Virus record (IMG/VR): IMGVR_UViG_3300013105_000022
Coordinates: 64,001 to 128,000 of that record
DNA length: 64,000 nt
Direction: 5' to 3' (one strand)
Origin: a virus
Lineage: Duplodnaviria > Caudoviricetes
Shown here: piece by piece, positions 55,818 to 64,000 of the stretch
Layout: every line of letters starts with the position of its first letter
How positions within the stretch are numbered: position 1 is the first letter of the stretch
Notes under the pieces: generated by a model
The model's input: only the letters and a program-made list of their open reading frames with translations
The model's database searches: none
Told to the model about the DNA's origin: nothing
Program-made: the position numbers and the translations under genes

Positions 55818-56048
55818 ATGTTCGAAGACGTAATTCAACTAATCATCTGGGCAGTCATTGGACTGTTCATCACCTGGGGAATCTTCTACGCCTACGTGGG
55901 ATTCCGTATGGTGTCCGCACAGAGACAAAGCAAGGTTGCCAGGGTGGCCGCATTCAGCGCCCTCACCATCGGCATCTTCTGGATCACTCTGTGGGTGTCC
56001 GCCGTCGTATGGAACGTACTACAGATCATCGGAGTAATTGAGACATGA
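55818..56048 (+). CDS. 2-TM membrane protein
   Basis: Hydrophobicity; GAGG RBS. Confidence 0.7.
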   Translation: MFEDVIQLIIWAVIGLFITWGIFYAYVGFRMVSAQRQSKVARVAAFSALTIGIFWITLWVSAVVWNVLQIIGVIET

Positions 56049-56848
56049 CCATCCCTACCCCCTATGAAGACCTTCTCAGGGACGTTCTAGAAAATGGCCA
56101 GCACAAGGAAGACAGGACCGGCACCGGAACTACGAGCGTCTTCGGCAGGCAGATTAGATTCGACCTGTCAGAGGGCTTCCCGCTCATCACCACCAAGAAG
56201 GTGCACTTCCCTTCCATCGCTCATGAACTCCTATGGTTCCTTCAGGGTGAGTCGAACATCGCCTACCTGAAGGAGCACGGCGTGAAGATTTGGGACGCAT
56301 GGGCAGACGAGAATGGAGACCTGGGACCTGTCTATGGAGTCCAGTGGCGAGCATGGCCGACTCTTGACGGTGGCACCATCGACCAGATCGCGAAGGTGGT
56401 AGAGTCTATCCGCAACAACCCGGACTCCCGTCGCCACATCGTGACGGCTTGGAACCCTGCCGAGGTTGACGACATGGCTCTCCCGCCCTGCCATGCACTG
56501 TTCCAGTTCTACGTGGTAGACGGCAAGCTCTCTTGCCAGCTTTATCAGCGTTCCGCAGACCTCTTCCTGGGTGTCCCCTTCAATATCGCTTCCTACGCCA
56601 TGCTGACGATGATGATTGCTCAGCAGACAGGACTTGAGCTTGGAGAGTTCATCTGGACAGGTGGTGACTGTCACATCTACGACAATCACCAGGAGCAGGT
56701 TCGTGAGCAACTGAGCCGGGAGCCATACCCTTACCCCACTCTTAGTCTCGGTCCCGCTCCGGAATCGATCTTCGAGTACAAGTACGAGAACCTTTCACTT
56801 CTCGACTACAACTATCACCCCGCCATCCGAGGTTCGGTAGCGGTCTAA
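56045..56848 (+). CDS. thyA: thymidylate synthase
   Basis: [28 protein letters not shown]. Confidence 0.98.
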   Translation: MTIPTPYEDLLRDVLENGQHKEDRTGTGTTSVFGRQIRFDLSEGFPLITTKKVHFPSIAHELLWFLQGESNIAYLKEHGVKIWDAWADENGDLGPVYGVQWRAWPTLDGGTIDQIAKVVESIRNNPDSRRHIVTAWNPAEVDDMALPPCHALFQFYVVDGKLSCQLYQRSADLFLGVPFNIASYAMLTMMIAQQTGLELGEFIWTGGDCHIYDNHQEQVREQLSREPYPYPTLSLGPAPESIFEYKYENLSLLDYNYHPAIRGSVAV

Positions 56849-56866
56849 CAGTCCCTGGAGGACGAA

Positions 56867-57514
56867 ATGACAGATGAAAAGTACACTCACATTGCGGTCA
56901 TCGCTGACCGCTCCGGTTCTATGTCCACCATCGCGAAGGACATGAACGGTGGTCTAGAGGAGTTCCTGAAGGAGCAGGCCGAGTTTGACGGCACACTTCT
57001 AGTGGACATCACCACATTCGATGGATCGGTAGAGACCGTAGCTAAGGGAGTCAAGGCTTCTGAAGTCTCTCACCCGATTATCGTCCCTCGCGGCATGACT
57101 GCACTCAACGATGCCATCGGCATCACTGTCGCCAACCTTGGTGAGCGCTTTGCCAAGCTGGAGGAGAGTCAGCGTCCAGGCAAGGTCATCGTCATGGTGG
57201 TCACTGACGGAGGAGAGAACTCTTCTAGCGAGTACACCACAGAAAAGGTCAAGGAACTTGTCACCCGTCAGCAGGACGAGTGGAAGTGGGAATTCCTGTT
57301 CCTGGGAGCCAACATCGACAGCTTCAACGTTGCCGGTGGATACGGTATCCTCAGGGGTTCCACGATCAACTACGAGGCAAGCGCCGCAGGAGCCAACTCC
57401 GTGATTGCCACGGCTAGTGCTTACGTCACGCGCACCCGCTCCGGTCTGGAAGCAGACTTCACCGAGGAAGAGCGCGCCGCCACGATGGGAAACCTCAAGG
57501 CGGACACGAAGTAA
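56867..57514 (+). CDS. von Willebrand A domain protein
   Basis: DRSGSM MIDAS, TALNDAIG, VTDGGEN. Confidence 0.9.
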   Translation: MTDEKYTHIAVIADRSGSMSTIAKDMNGGLEEFLKEQAEFDGTLLVDITTFDGSVETVAKGVKASEVSHPIIVPRGMTALNDAIGITVANLGERFAKLEESQRPGKVIVMVVTDGGENSSSEYTTEKVKELVTRQQDEWKWEFLFLGANIDSFNVAGGYGILRGSTINYEASAAGANSVIATASAYVTRTRSGLEADFTEEERAATMGNLKADTK

Positions 57515-57518
57515 GTAG

Positions 57519-57573
57519 TTGACATCTGTCTCCTGAGGGCGTATACATAGAGATACCGACCCTCAGGAGGCAG
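57519..57573 (+). promoter_or_regulatory. GCGTATA-class promoter in the loop of a 14-bp RBS-occluding hairpin
   Basis: TTGACA 57519-24; GCGTATACAT 57539-48; stem 57526-39/57560-73. Confidence 0.8.
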
Positions 57574-57577
57574 TTTC

Positions 57578-57700
57578 ATGTATCAGGATGTTCACGAAAA
57601 GGACTACGGCTCGTTCGCCGTCATTGGTATCCTTGTGGGCATCATTGAGATGATCGTAGGACTTGCAAGACTTGCCGTATGGGCCTGGAGAAACCGTTGA
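57578..57700 (+). CDS. 40-aa single-TM peptide
   Basis: AGGAGG RBS; MYQDVHEKDYGSFAVIGILVGII... Confidence 0.65.
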   Translation: MYQDVHEKDYGSFAVIGILVGIIEMIVGLARLAVWAWRNR

Positions 57701-58779
57701 ACTACCTAGAAATCGCACTAGCAAACGCACGCCGAGGATACCCGCAGTTCCCCGCTCAGCGAGAGAACAAGCGCCCCAAGCCGGGGTTCACCGACTGGGA
57801 GAACAACGCCACGACTGACCTAGATCAGATTCGTGCTTGGTGGGACGAGGGAGACTGGCTTCCAGCTATCCCGCCCGGACGTGTAGGCAAGGCTGTCATC
57901 GACGTAGACCGTCACCCTGGACAGCCTGACGGGTTCGAGGTTCTAGACGCCGAGGGTGTGGTCCTGAAGTCCCAGGTCTTCGGCACATCCCTATCCGGCA
58001 ACGGTACCCACTTCTGGCACCACCATGACGTAGGATCGCTCAACGGTGTCCTGACCTCTGTAGACCGCAAGGCCCGAGGCGGATACGTTGTTGTCCCCTA
58101 CCTTCTTCCCGACCTCTCCGAGATTACCGAGCCTCTTCCCGAGAAGCTTGCTGGCGGTATCGCCTCAGCAGATGTTGAGCGCGTTGCCATGTCCAACCGA
58201 CAGTTGAACCTATGGCTCAAGGACATCGGTGCCGGTGAGCCTGACGACGCCATGTGGGAAATCGTAGACAGGTTCCTCCCACGAGGCAACCAGCAGATGT
58301 CTGTGCTCGTAGCCAAGGCTGTCTCTCTGGCCGCTCAAGGTCACCCAGGAGCCAACATGGCATTGGATCGCATGGAGGAAATCTGGCTGAGCGGCATCCA
58401 CAACTCCGGAGACCCAGAAGAAGAATTTTACGCCAACGTCAAGAGTGCCATCGAGAAGTTCGGTGAGCCGGTCCCCGACACATCAGCCGAGGACAAGATG
58501 AAGGCACTGGCCAACCCTCCGGCCCCTCTCGTAGATGCTGTAGCACTGCGAGACTCCCTGCTACAGCACTGCATCAACTACCGCTCTGACTTCCTACACC
58601 TACTGGGTACGAACCAGAGAGTGCATGATGCCTTCGTGCAGTGTGACAACATCGCCAAGACAATCAAGCCTGAAGAGAACGAGAAGGCCGAGAAGTGGCG
58701 CATCGCCGCCACAGCGGCCATGAGGAGAGTATTGGATCGTGAGCAAGAAACTGACACAGCGGGAAATCCCAGAGCTTGA
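57697..58779 (+). CDS. bifunctional primase-polymerase (prim-pol)
   Basis: KRP..W..ATTD..I..WW, VIDVD, GNGTHFW, GGYVV; start probably TTG 57697. Confidence 0.85.
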   Translation: MNYLEIALANARRGYPQFPAQRENKRPKPGFTDWENNATTDLDQIRAWWDEGDWLPAIPPGRVGKAVIDVDRHPGQPDGFEVLDAEGVVLKSQVFGTSLSGNGTHFWHHHDVGSLNGVLTSVDRKARGGYVVVPYLLPDLSEITEPLPEKLAGGIASADVERVAMSNRQLNLWLKDIGAGEPDDAMWEIVDRFLPRGNQQMSVLVAKAVSLAAQGHPGANMALDRMEEIWLSGIHNSGDPEEEFYANVKSAIEKFGEPVPDTSAEDKMKALANPPAPLVDAVALRDSLLQHCINYRSDFLHLLGTNQRVHDAFVQCDNIAKTIKPEENEKAEKWRIAATAAMRRVLDREQETDTAGNPRA

Positions 58780-58969
58780 GGGGTGGCTGACTATCCCAGA
58801 CGCGGCTAAGGCTCTGGAACTGTCGAGGCAGTACGTACACCGCCTTGCCGCATCCGGGACCTTCACATCCCTGCATAGGGTAGGATCGACGTTCATTGTC
58901 TCCTCATGGGAGGTCGAAGACCTCAAGGGGAACTACGAGCGGGTTGACACCGAGGAAGCTATCAGCTAG
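58739..58969 (+). CDS. excisionase-like HTH DNA-binding protein
   Basis: LTIPDAAKALELSRQYVHRL. Confidence 0.8.
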   Translation: MSKKLTQREIPELEGWLTIPDAAKALELSRQYVHRLAASGTFTSLHRVGSTFIVSSWEVEDLKGNYERVDTEEAIS

Positions 58970-59006
58970 GCTCTTACTACACTGCCAACAGAACGAAACG
59001 AGTGAC

Positions 59007-59573
59007 ATGACTATTGCACAGGTGCCGACGAGTGACGCCGAGGTTTTCCAGGATTACTTCGCACTCATCAAGTGGCACGTTGTGAAGGCCAAGATCAGTG
59101 ACGGCGCAGTGGAAGACTACGCCATGACTCTCATGGAGCGCTTCATTCAGCACGGTCTTCTGGCTCAGTACGATCCATCCAAGGCCAACTTCCGTACGTT
59201 TCTCTCGGGGTTCGTCACGAGCTACCTCCGCCACTTCAAGGCGCAGGACCTGAAGCAGATCGAGCGTTCCTACCTGTCCACCGACTTCACCGTGGGTGAC
59301 AAGGACGACACTCTCATCCTGGACCTGAAGGGCTACTGTGCTCCCGACCAGATCGAGGATGCAGAGACGAAGGTCTCTCTGGAGCGCATCCGCGCCAAGC
59401 TGGTCAGCGAAGAAGAGCCGAAGCTTCTGCTCTTCTTCGACATCCTCATGCTTCAGATCGAGGAGCACGGTCAGTTGGACATCTCGGAACTGAAGGAGTT
59501 GTTCGACGTGTCCTCCCAGACGATCTACAACTGGAAGAAGCGTCTGCGTCCGTACTTCGAGGAGCTTGCGTGA
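59007..59573 (+). CDS. second sigma-like factor (ECF-sized)
   Basis: AVED..YDPSKANFRTFL (region 2) and ISELKELFDVSSQTIYNW (HTH). Confidence 0.7.
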   Translation: MTIAQVPTSDAEVFQDYFALIKWHVVKAKISDGAVEDYAMTLMERFIQHGLLAQYDPSKANFRTFLSGFVTSYLRHFKAQDLKQIERSYLSTDFTVGDKDDTLILDLKGYCAPDQIEDAETKVSLERIRAKLVSEEEPKLLLFFDILMLQIEEHGQLDISELKELFDVSSQTIYNWKKRLRPYFEELA

Positions 59574-60364
59574 AGCCATACTTCGGGCACGAGAAGAACG
59601 TGAGGGCGGTGCACATGCATCTGCCCTCCGTTCTCCTCTTCCTGGGTCCAGAGTCCGTGGGTAAGTGGGAGCTTGCAGAGCATATCCGCGTGAAGTGGAA
59701 GTTCAAGAAGGCTGACACGCTCCGGATCAAGCGACTGACTCAGGAGAACGCACGCTTCGCCGCCAAGTTCGCCTCAGAGCGCCCCAGAGGCTGGCGGAAG
59801 CTCATCATCGTACGGTTGGACAAGAAGGCTACAGTAGGCGCTCAGAACGCCCTTCTGAAGTCTATGGAGGAGGCTCAGGACGCGACGTACATCATCGTTG
59901 CAGAAGAACCTCCCATCACGACCGTGATGAGCCGCGCGGTGACCTATCCGTTCGGACTTCTGACCCAGAAGAACATCTACGACATCCTGACCCAGCGGCT
60001 CAACTTCTCGGAGGATCGGGCTGACACGCTCTCCAAGATCGCCGGAGGTAGAGTCAAGAAGGCTCTGTCCTTCAAGGAGGATCAGGAGAGTAAGATGGTG
60101 GTGTCGAAAGCACTCGACGCCGTGAACCGCAAGGACAACAAGGCTCTGGAAGCTGTAGCTCCGCTGTGGCAACAAGAGCACACCGAGCTTCTGATTCAGT
60201 GGTGCTACGAGACCCTGACCAAGAAGTGGAAGCTCTTCGTCCCCGGAGAGATTAGCATTCAGGGAACGAAGGTGCCTCTGCGTATCCTCATCGCCCTCAG
60301 AGAAGACCTGAGGCCCCGCCTGGTCGTAAGAGCGGCCCTGGCCTCCGTACTGCAAGGAACATGA
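59570..60364 (+). CDS. holB: DNA Pol III delta-prime-like clamp loader subunit
   Basis: GHE, LFLGPESVGK, AQNALLKSMEE, TVMSR. Confidence 0.8.
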   Translation: MKPYFGHEKNVRAVHMHLPSVLLFLGPESVGKWELAEHIRVKWKFKKADTLRIKRLTQENARFAAKFASERPRGWRKLIIVRLDKKATVGAQNALLKSMEEAQDATYIIVAEEPPITTVMSRAVTYPFGLLTQKNIYDILTQRLNFSEDRADTLSKIAGGRVKKALSFKEDQESKMVVSKALDAVNRKDNKALEAVAPLWQQEHTELLIQWCYETLTKKWKLFVPGEISIQGTKVPLRILIALREDLRPRLVVRAALASVLQGT

Positions 60365-60579
60365 AAATGGATGACGAAGACCTCATTCCCGACCACGAGT
60401 ATGAAATCACAGCTACCTTCCGCTCGCAGTTTGCGGGAGACTGTACGCTGAATCAGACTCACCGCATTCGCAAGCAGGATTGGGTGAGCAAGCTTCGACG
60501 TGCCGACAACCCACTCATCAGCATCCCCGGCGTAGCATGCTCCGTATGCGCGCTGGACATCCCGAGAGCGAAGGCCTGA
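60361..60579 (+). CDS. small Zn-binding-like protein
   Basis: C..H..CxxC. Confidence 0.6.
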   Translation: MKMDDEDLIPDHEYEITATFRSQFAGDCTLNQTHRIRKQDWVSKLRRADNPLISIPGVACSVCALDIPRAKA

Positions 60580-60642
60580 AATGGAATGGCTTGTCCTTAT
60601 CCCCGGCATCTGGCTCTTGGTCTCGTGGTTGGCGGGAGACGA

Positions 60643-61614
60643 TTGAGCACGTTCAGTCAGTGGTGGCTCTCCTTCAAGAAGAATCCAGTCGCCAAGCAGA
60701 TCACATGGGTGTGTGGGTCCGAACCTGTCCTAGTAGATGAGGTTGTGGACCTTCTGAAGGGTGCCATCACGGTAGACCCGATCAACCTTGTGTACCTGGA
60801 TGCGAGAGACGACAGCCCGAGGCACATCTGGAACGAGCTTCGACAGTACCCGTTCGGCAATAATGCCACGAGGCTTACCATCGTACGCGGTGCTGAGGAA
60901 CTTCCACTCGATGAGAACTTCACTCAGTACGTCAAGGATCGCAGTGCTCTACCGAGGAACTACGTCATTTTCATCTCGACCGAGGATCAGCTTCGGAAGA
61001 AGGAAGAGACCCGCTCCCTGGCGGATGCTCTCGACTACCTGAAGGGTAGAGGATCAGTCATTGAGTGCCGACCATTCACCGTATCGACAGCCAAGCACGC
61101 CGTCACATGGGTGAAGGAGAAGGCAGACCTCCGAGGTCGTGTGGCTGAGTACGTCCTGAACCGAGCTACAGGAGACCTACGACTGGTGCGAGACACGCTG
61201 AACAAGCTCTCTGTGATCGATGGAGAGGTCAGCATGCGCCTGGTGGATGAGATGTTCGAGGCTCGCCCCGACGACACCTTCCTGGGTGCTCTCTTCGCTC
61301 TGGACCGCAAGACAGCCCTCGCGTCTCTCAGGGAGATGCCCAAGAGCGAGTACAGCCGAACCATCGGCCTGGTAGATGCTCGACTTGACCTCGCCGGTCT
61401 CGTGCATGACCTGATGATTGAGCAGAAGACTTCGGGAGAGATTGCCCGAGCGGCAGGCAACAAGGGATTTCTTGTTCCTGACATGCTCCCTCACGCCAAG
61501 CACTACGACAAGAAGCGCAGGCTCCGTATCCGCAAGTACCTCGCCACCGTGGACGGCTACTCCGAGTATGGAGTTCCAGACGGTGCCCTAGAGGGATTGG
61601 TAGCTATCTGGTGA
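60643..61614 (+). CDS. holA: DNA Pol III delta-like clamp loader subunit
   Basis: CGSEPVLVD, PFG, GDLRLVRDTLNKL; start probably TTG 60643. Confidence 0.75.
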   Translation: MSTFSQWWLSFKKNPVAKQITWVCGSEPVLVDEVVDLLKGAITVDPINLVYLDARDDSPRHIWNELRQYPFGNNATRLTIVRGAEELPLDENFTQYVKDRSALPRNYVIFISTEDQLRKKEETRSLADALDYLKGRGSVIECRPFTVSTAKHAVTWVKEKADLRGRVAEYVLNRATGDLRLVRDTLNKLSVIDGEVSMRLVDEMFEARPDDTFLGALFALDRKTALASLREMPKSEYSRTIGLVDARLDLAGLVHDLMIEQKTSGEIARAAGNKGFLVPDMLPHAKHYDKKRRLRIRKYLATVDGYSEYGVPDGALEGLVAIW

Positions 61615-61620
61615 CGAGAG

Positions 61621-61630
61621 GCGTATAGAT
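61621..61630 (+). promoter_or_regulatory. GCGTATA-class promoter
   Basis: GCGTATAGATagaacATG(61636). Confidence 0.75.
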
Positions 61631-61635
61631 AGAAC

Positions 61636-61794
61636 ATGGATTGGCTAATCTTCTGGACCATCCTAGCTCAGCTAGGCATCGCGTCCGTCGCGGGTATCGT
61701 TTTCTCTTTCATCATCCGACTCTGGACTATCTGGTGGCCTAGCTCATCAGACAACGATCACAACATCTTCTCTGGGGGAAACAATGACTACTGA
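61636..61794 (+). CDS. 52-aa membrane peptide (leaderless)
   Basis: MDWLIFWTILAQLGIASVAGIVFSFII... Confidence 0.6.
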   Translation: MDWLIFWTILAQLGIASVAGIVFSFIIRLWTIWWPSSSDNDHNIFSGGNNDY

Positions 61795-64000
61795 GAAAGA
61801 CTATGGTGCCATCCTCACTGTAGAGGAGCTAGGCGCGGAAGTCAAGCGCATCCGAGACAGCGGACAGCCCTTTGCCTTCGACATCGAGACCGGATACGAC
61901 GGTCCCGACCAGAAGGGTGTCGCCAAGATGCCCTTCCATCCAAACTTCAAGGTCGTGGGCATCAGCTTCAGCGACAACCCGGACTGGGCACGCTACGTAC
62001 CGTTCGATCATGACGAGGGTCCGAACGTATCCAAGCTCGCTGTAGCACGCCTCTTCTGGAACCTACTGAACACCGGCATGGGTGTGCCTCACAACGCCAT
62101 GTTCGAGCTTCAGGGTATGAGCCGTTTCTTCCGCGAGAACCTATGGGACGACACCTTCTTCGGTAAGGCTGTGCGTGCGTCTCAGGGTCTGTACCCTGTT
62201 CGCTCTGACACGATGATCGAAGCCAACATGATGCAGTGCTACCAGCCTCTCAACGCTGGGCAGGGTGTAGGTGTGGGTCTGAAGGGTCTCACCAAGCACA
62301 TCTTCGGTCACCAGATGACCGAGTTCATGGACCTCTTCCCAGAAGAAGAATCCGAGCTTGGCCCTGGTACCCCCAAGAGCAAGCGCACCACTGTACGATT
62401 CAACACCCGTCGAGTGTGCCCACAGGTTATCGAGTACGGCTGTGAAGACTCCGCGTGGACGTTCGCACTGCACCTGAAGCACTACTCAGAGGTCGCAGAG
62501 ACCCTGATGTTCCGCACCGAAATCCTCCTGCTTCCCGTGCTATGTGAGATGGAGCTAGAGGGTCTGGCACTGGACTGGGACGAATACGAGCGCCAGGAAG
62601 CCATCGTGTCTGCTTTCAAGGATGCCCTTAATGAAGAAATTCAGGCAGAGCTATCCGAGCGCATGGGCGAGCTTGTCAAGGTCAACTTCAACTCACCGGC
62701 ACAGGTACAGGTACTTCTCTACGAGAAGATGGGCCTTCCTGTTCAGATGAACAAGAAGACCAAGAAGCCGACCACCGACGAGAAGGCAATGACCAAGCTG
62801 GCCAAGGAGACGGACGACCCCGCACTGCTCAAGATTCTTGAGTGGCGAGGAGTGGCTAAGCTTCTCTCCTCCTACATCACGAAGTACCTCAAGGAACTCC
62901 GCTACGATCCTTCCGGACGCGCCCGCCCGAGCCACAACCAGCTTGGAGCAGGTACCGGTCGCTTCTCTGTGGATGGTGTCTCCTACCAGCAGTGGCCAAA
63001 GCCGTACCACTTCGAACTGAAGAACGGCCAGGAGATGGACCTGAACTACAGGAACTTCTTGGTGGCTCCAGATGAGTACCGCATCATCGGCTTCGACTTC
63101 TCGCAGGTTGAGCTTCGAATCCTTGCTGGCATGACCAACGAGACTGACATGCTCCACGCCTTCGCGAGCGGCATCGACATTCACAAGGCCACGGCTTCGG
63201 CCATGCTCAAGATTCCGCTGGAAGAACTGACGGTGAAGGACCGTGCTAAGGGTAAGACCCTGAACTTCGGTATCGTCTACGGTCTTGGCGCTGACTCCCT
63301 GGCTGAGACGCTGGGTATCTCTCTCGATGAGGCTAACGAGCTTCTAGAGAAGTACTACGAGGGATTCCCCAAGCTTCGCGCCTGGATGGATGACCGTGTG
63401 CTAGAAGGTGCCGCTAAGTGGGAAGTCTCTACTCTCTTCGGTCGCCGCTTCCACATCTGGGAGTACGACAAGGCTGAGTGGCTATCTCAGAAGGCTTCTC
63501 GCGAGGAAGGTGACGAGCGTAGGAAGACTCTGAACTGGATGCGTAACGAGCGCTCCAAGGCCGACCGCATGTGTGTCAACGCTCCCGTGCAGGGTGGTGC
63601 CGCCGACTACATCAAGCTCGGTATGGTGCGCGCCTCGCGCAAGATCAAGGAACTGGGATGGCAGGGCAAGGTGAACATGGTCATGACCATTCACGACGCC
63701 ATCGAGTTCTACGTTCACGAGTCGATCAGCACTCAGGATGTCATCACGGAACTGAACCCGATGTTCTCCTTCCCCGTACAGGGACTGCCTGAGATTCTTG
63801 CCGAGTGGCACGAGGGCAAGCGCTGGGGTGAGGTTGTCGAAATCAAGCTCGACGCCAACAAGATTATCACCGGCTACGAGTACACCACGAAGATCGACGG
63901 CGTGGAACTGCACGGCGAGTTCTCTTCGATGGAAGAGGCCTACGCTTGGCAGGAGAACCCACCGATCCCAGAGAAGGCCCCAGAGCCGGAGACCGAGACC
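61784..64000 (+). CDS. polA: family A DNA polymerase with 3'-5' exonuclease, runs off the right edge
   Basis: Not in the ORF track. FDIETG (ExoI), DFSQVELRILA (A), RAKGKTLNFGIVYG (B), TIHDAIEF (C). Confidence 0.95.
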   Translation, partial: MTTEKDYGAILTVEELGAEVKRIRDSGQPFAFDIETGYDGPDQKGVAKMPFHPNFKVVGISFSDNPDWARYVPFDHDEGPNVSKLAVARLFWNLLNTGMGVPHNAMFELQGMSRFFRENLWDDTFFGKAVRASQGLYPVRSDTMIEANMMQCYQPLNAGQGVGVGLKGLTKHIFGHQMTEFMDLFPEEESELGPGTPKSKRTTVRFNTRRVCPQVIEYGCEDSAWTFALHLKHYSEVAETLMFRTEILLLPVLCEMELEGLALDWDEYERQEAIVSAFKDALNEEIQAELSERMGELVKVNFNSPAQVQVLLYEKMGLPVQMNKKTKKPTTDEKAMTKLAKETDDPALLKILEWRGVAKLLSSYITKYLKELRYDPSGRARPSHNQLGAGTGRFSVDGVSYQQWPKPYHFELKNGQEMDLNYRNFLVAPDEYRIIGFDFSQVELRILAGMTNETDMLHAFASGIDIHKATASAMLKIPLEELTVKDRAKGKTLNFGIVYGLGADSLAETLGISLDEANELLEKYYEGFPKLRAWMDDRVLEGAAKWEVSTLFGRRFHIWEYDKAEWLSQKASREEGDERRKTLNWMRNERSKADRMCVNAPVQGGAADYIKLGMVRASRKIKELGWQGKVNMVMTIHDAIEFYVHESISTQDVITELNPMFSFPVQGLPEILAEWHEGKRWGEVVEIKLDANKIITGYEYTTKIDGVELHGEFSSMEEAYAWQENPPIPEKAPEPETET

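Noticed and set aside
23381-56096. Recurring CTAGAAAA(T/C) (23381, 29997, 38832, 42543, 45100, 56088) as an operator
   Set aside because: Mostly Leu-Glu-Asn codons with no consistent position relative to starts; would need a statistical test
58739-58969. Excisionase implying a temperate prophage
   Set aside because: No integrase, att site or repressor in the window; this HTH family is common in lytic phages

Overview
64 kb from a tailed dsDNA phage of Actinobacteria (siphovirus-type). The assignment rests on WhiB and NrdH genes, leaderless starts, and a lambda gpD/gpE-like head. No host genes, integrase or CRISPR array were seen. Left to right: a leftward recombination operon (RecB-like nuclease, WhiB, SbcD); a 460-bp divergent non-coding region holding a small hairpin RNA and a ~210-nt rod-like structured RNA candidate; an SbcC C-terminal half, DnaX, and a sugar epimerase with glycosyltransferases; the virion module; tail and wall-degrading accessory genes; and a replication/transcription module. 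The virion module runs terminase, portal, MuF, a 2622-aa polyvalent protein, protease/scaffold, capsid, neck, tail, frameshifted chaperone, tape measure and minor tails. The replication/transcription module holds an SNF2 helicase, HNH, two sigma factors, DnaB, ThyA, prim-pol, HolB, HolA and a family A polymerase. Most notable: (1) two promoter classes (GCGATAGTA x12, GCGTATA x6) with identical 15-nt spacing to leaderless starts, alongside two phage sigma factors, several sitting inside RBS-occluding hairpins; (2) the structured RNA pair; (3) a probable capsid-loaded multi-enzyme protein with a candidate cleavage and targeting code shared with the portal. All calls come from reading by eye; no database searches or folding programs were run.
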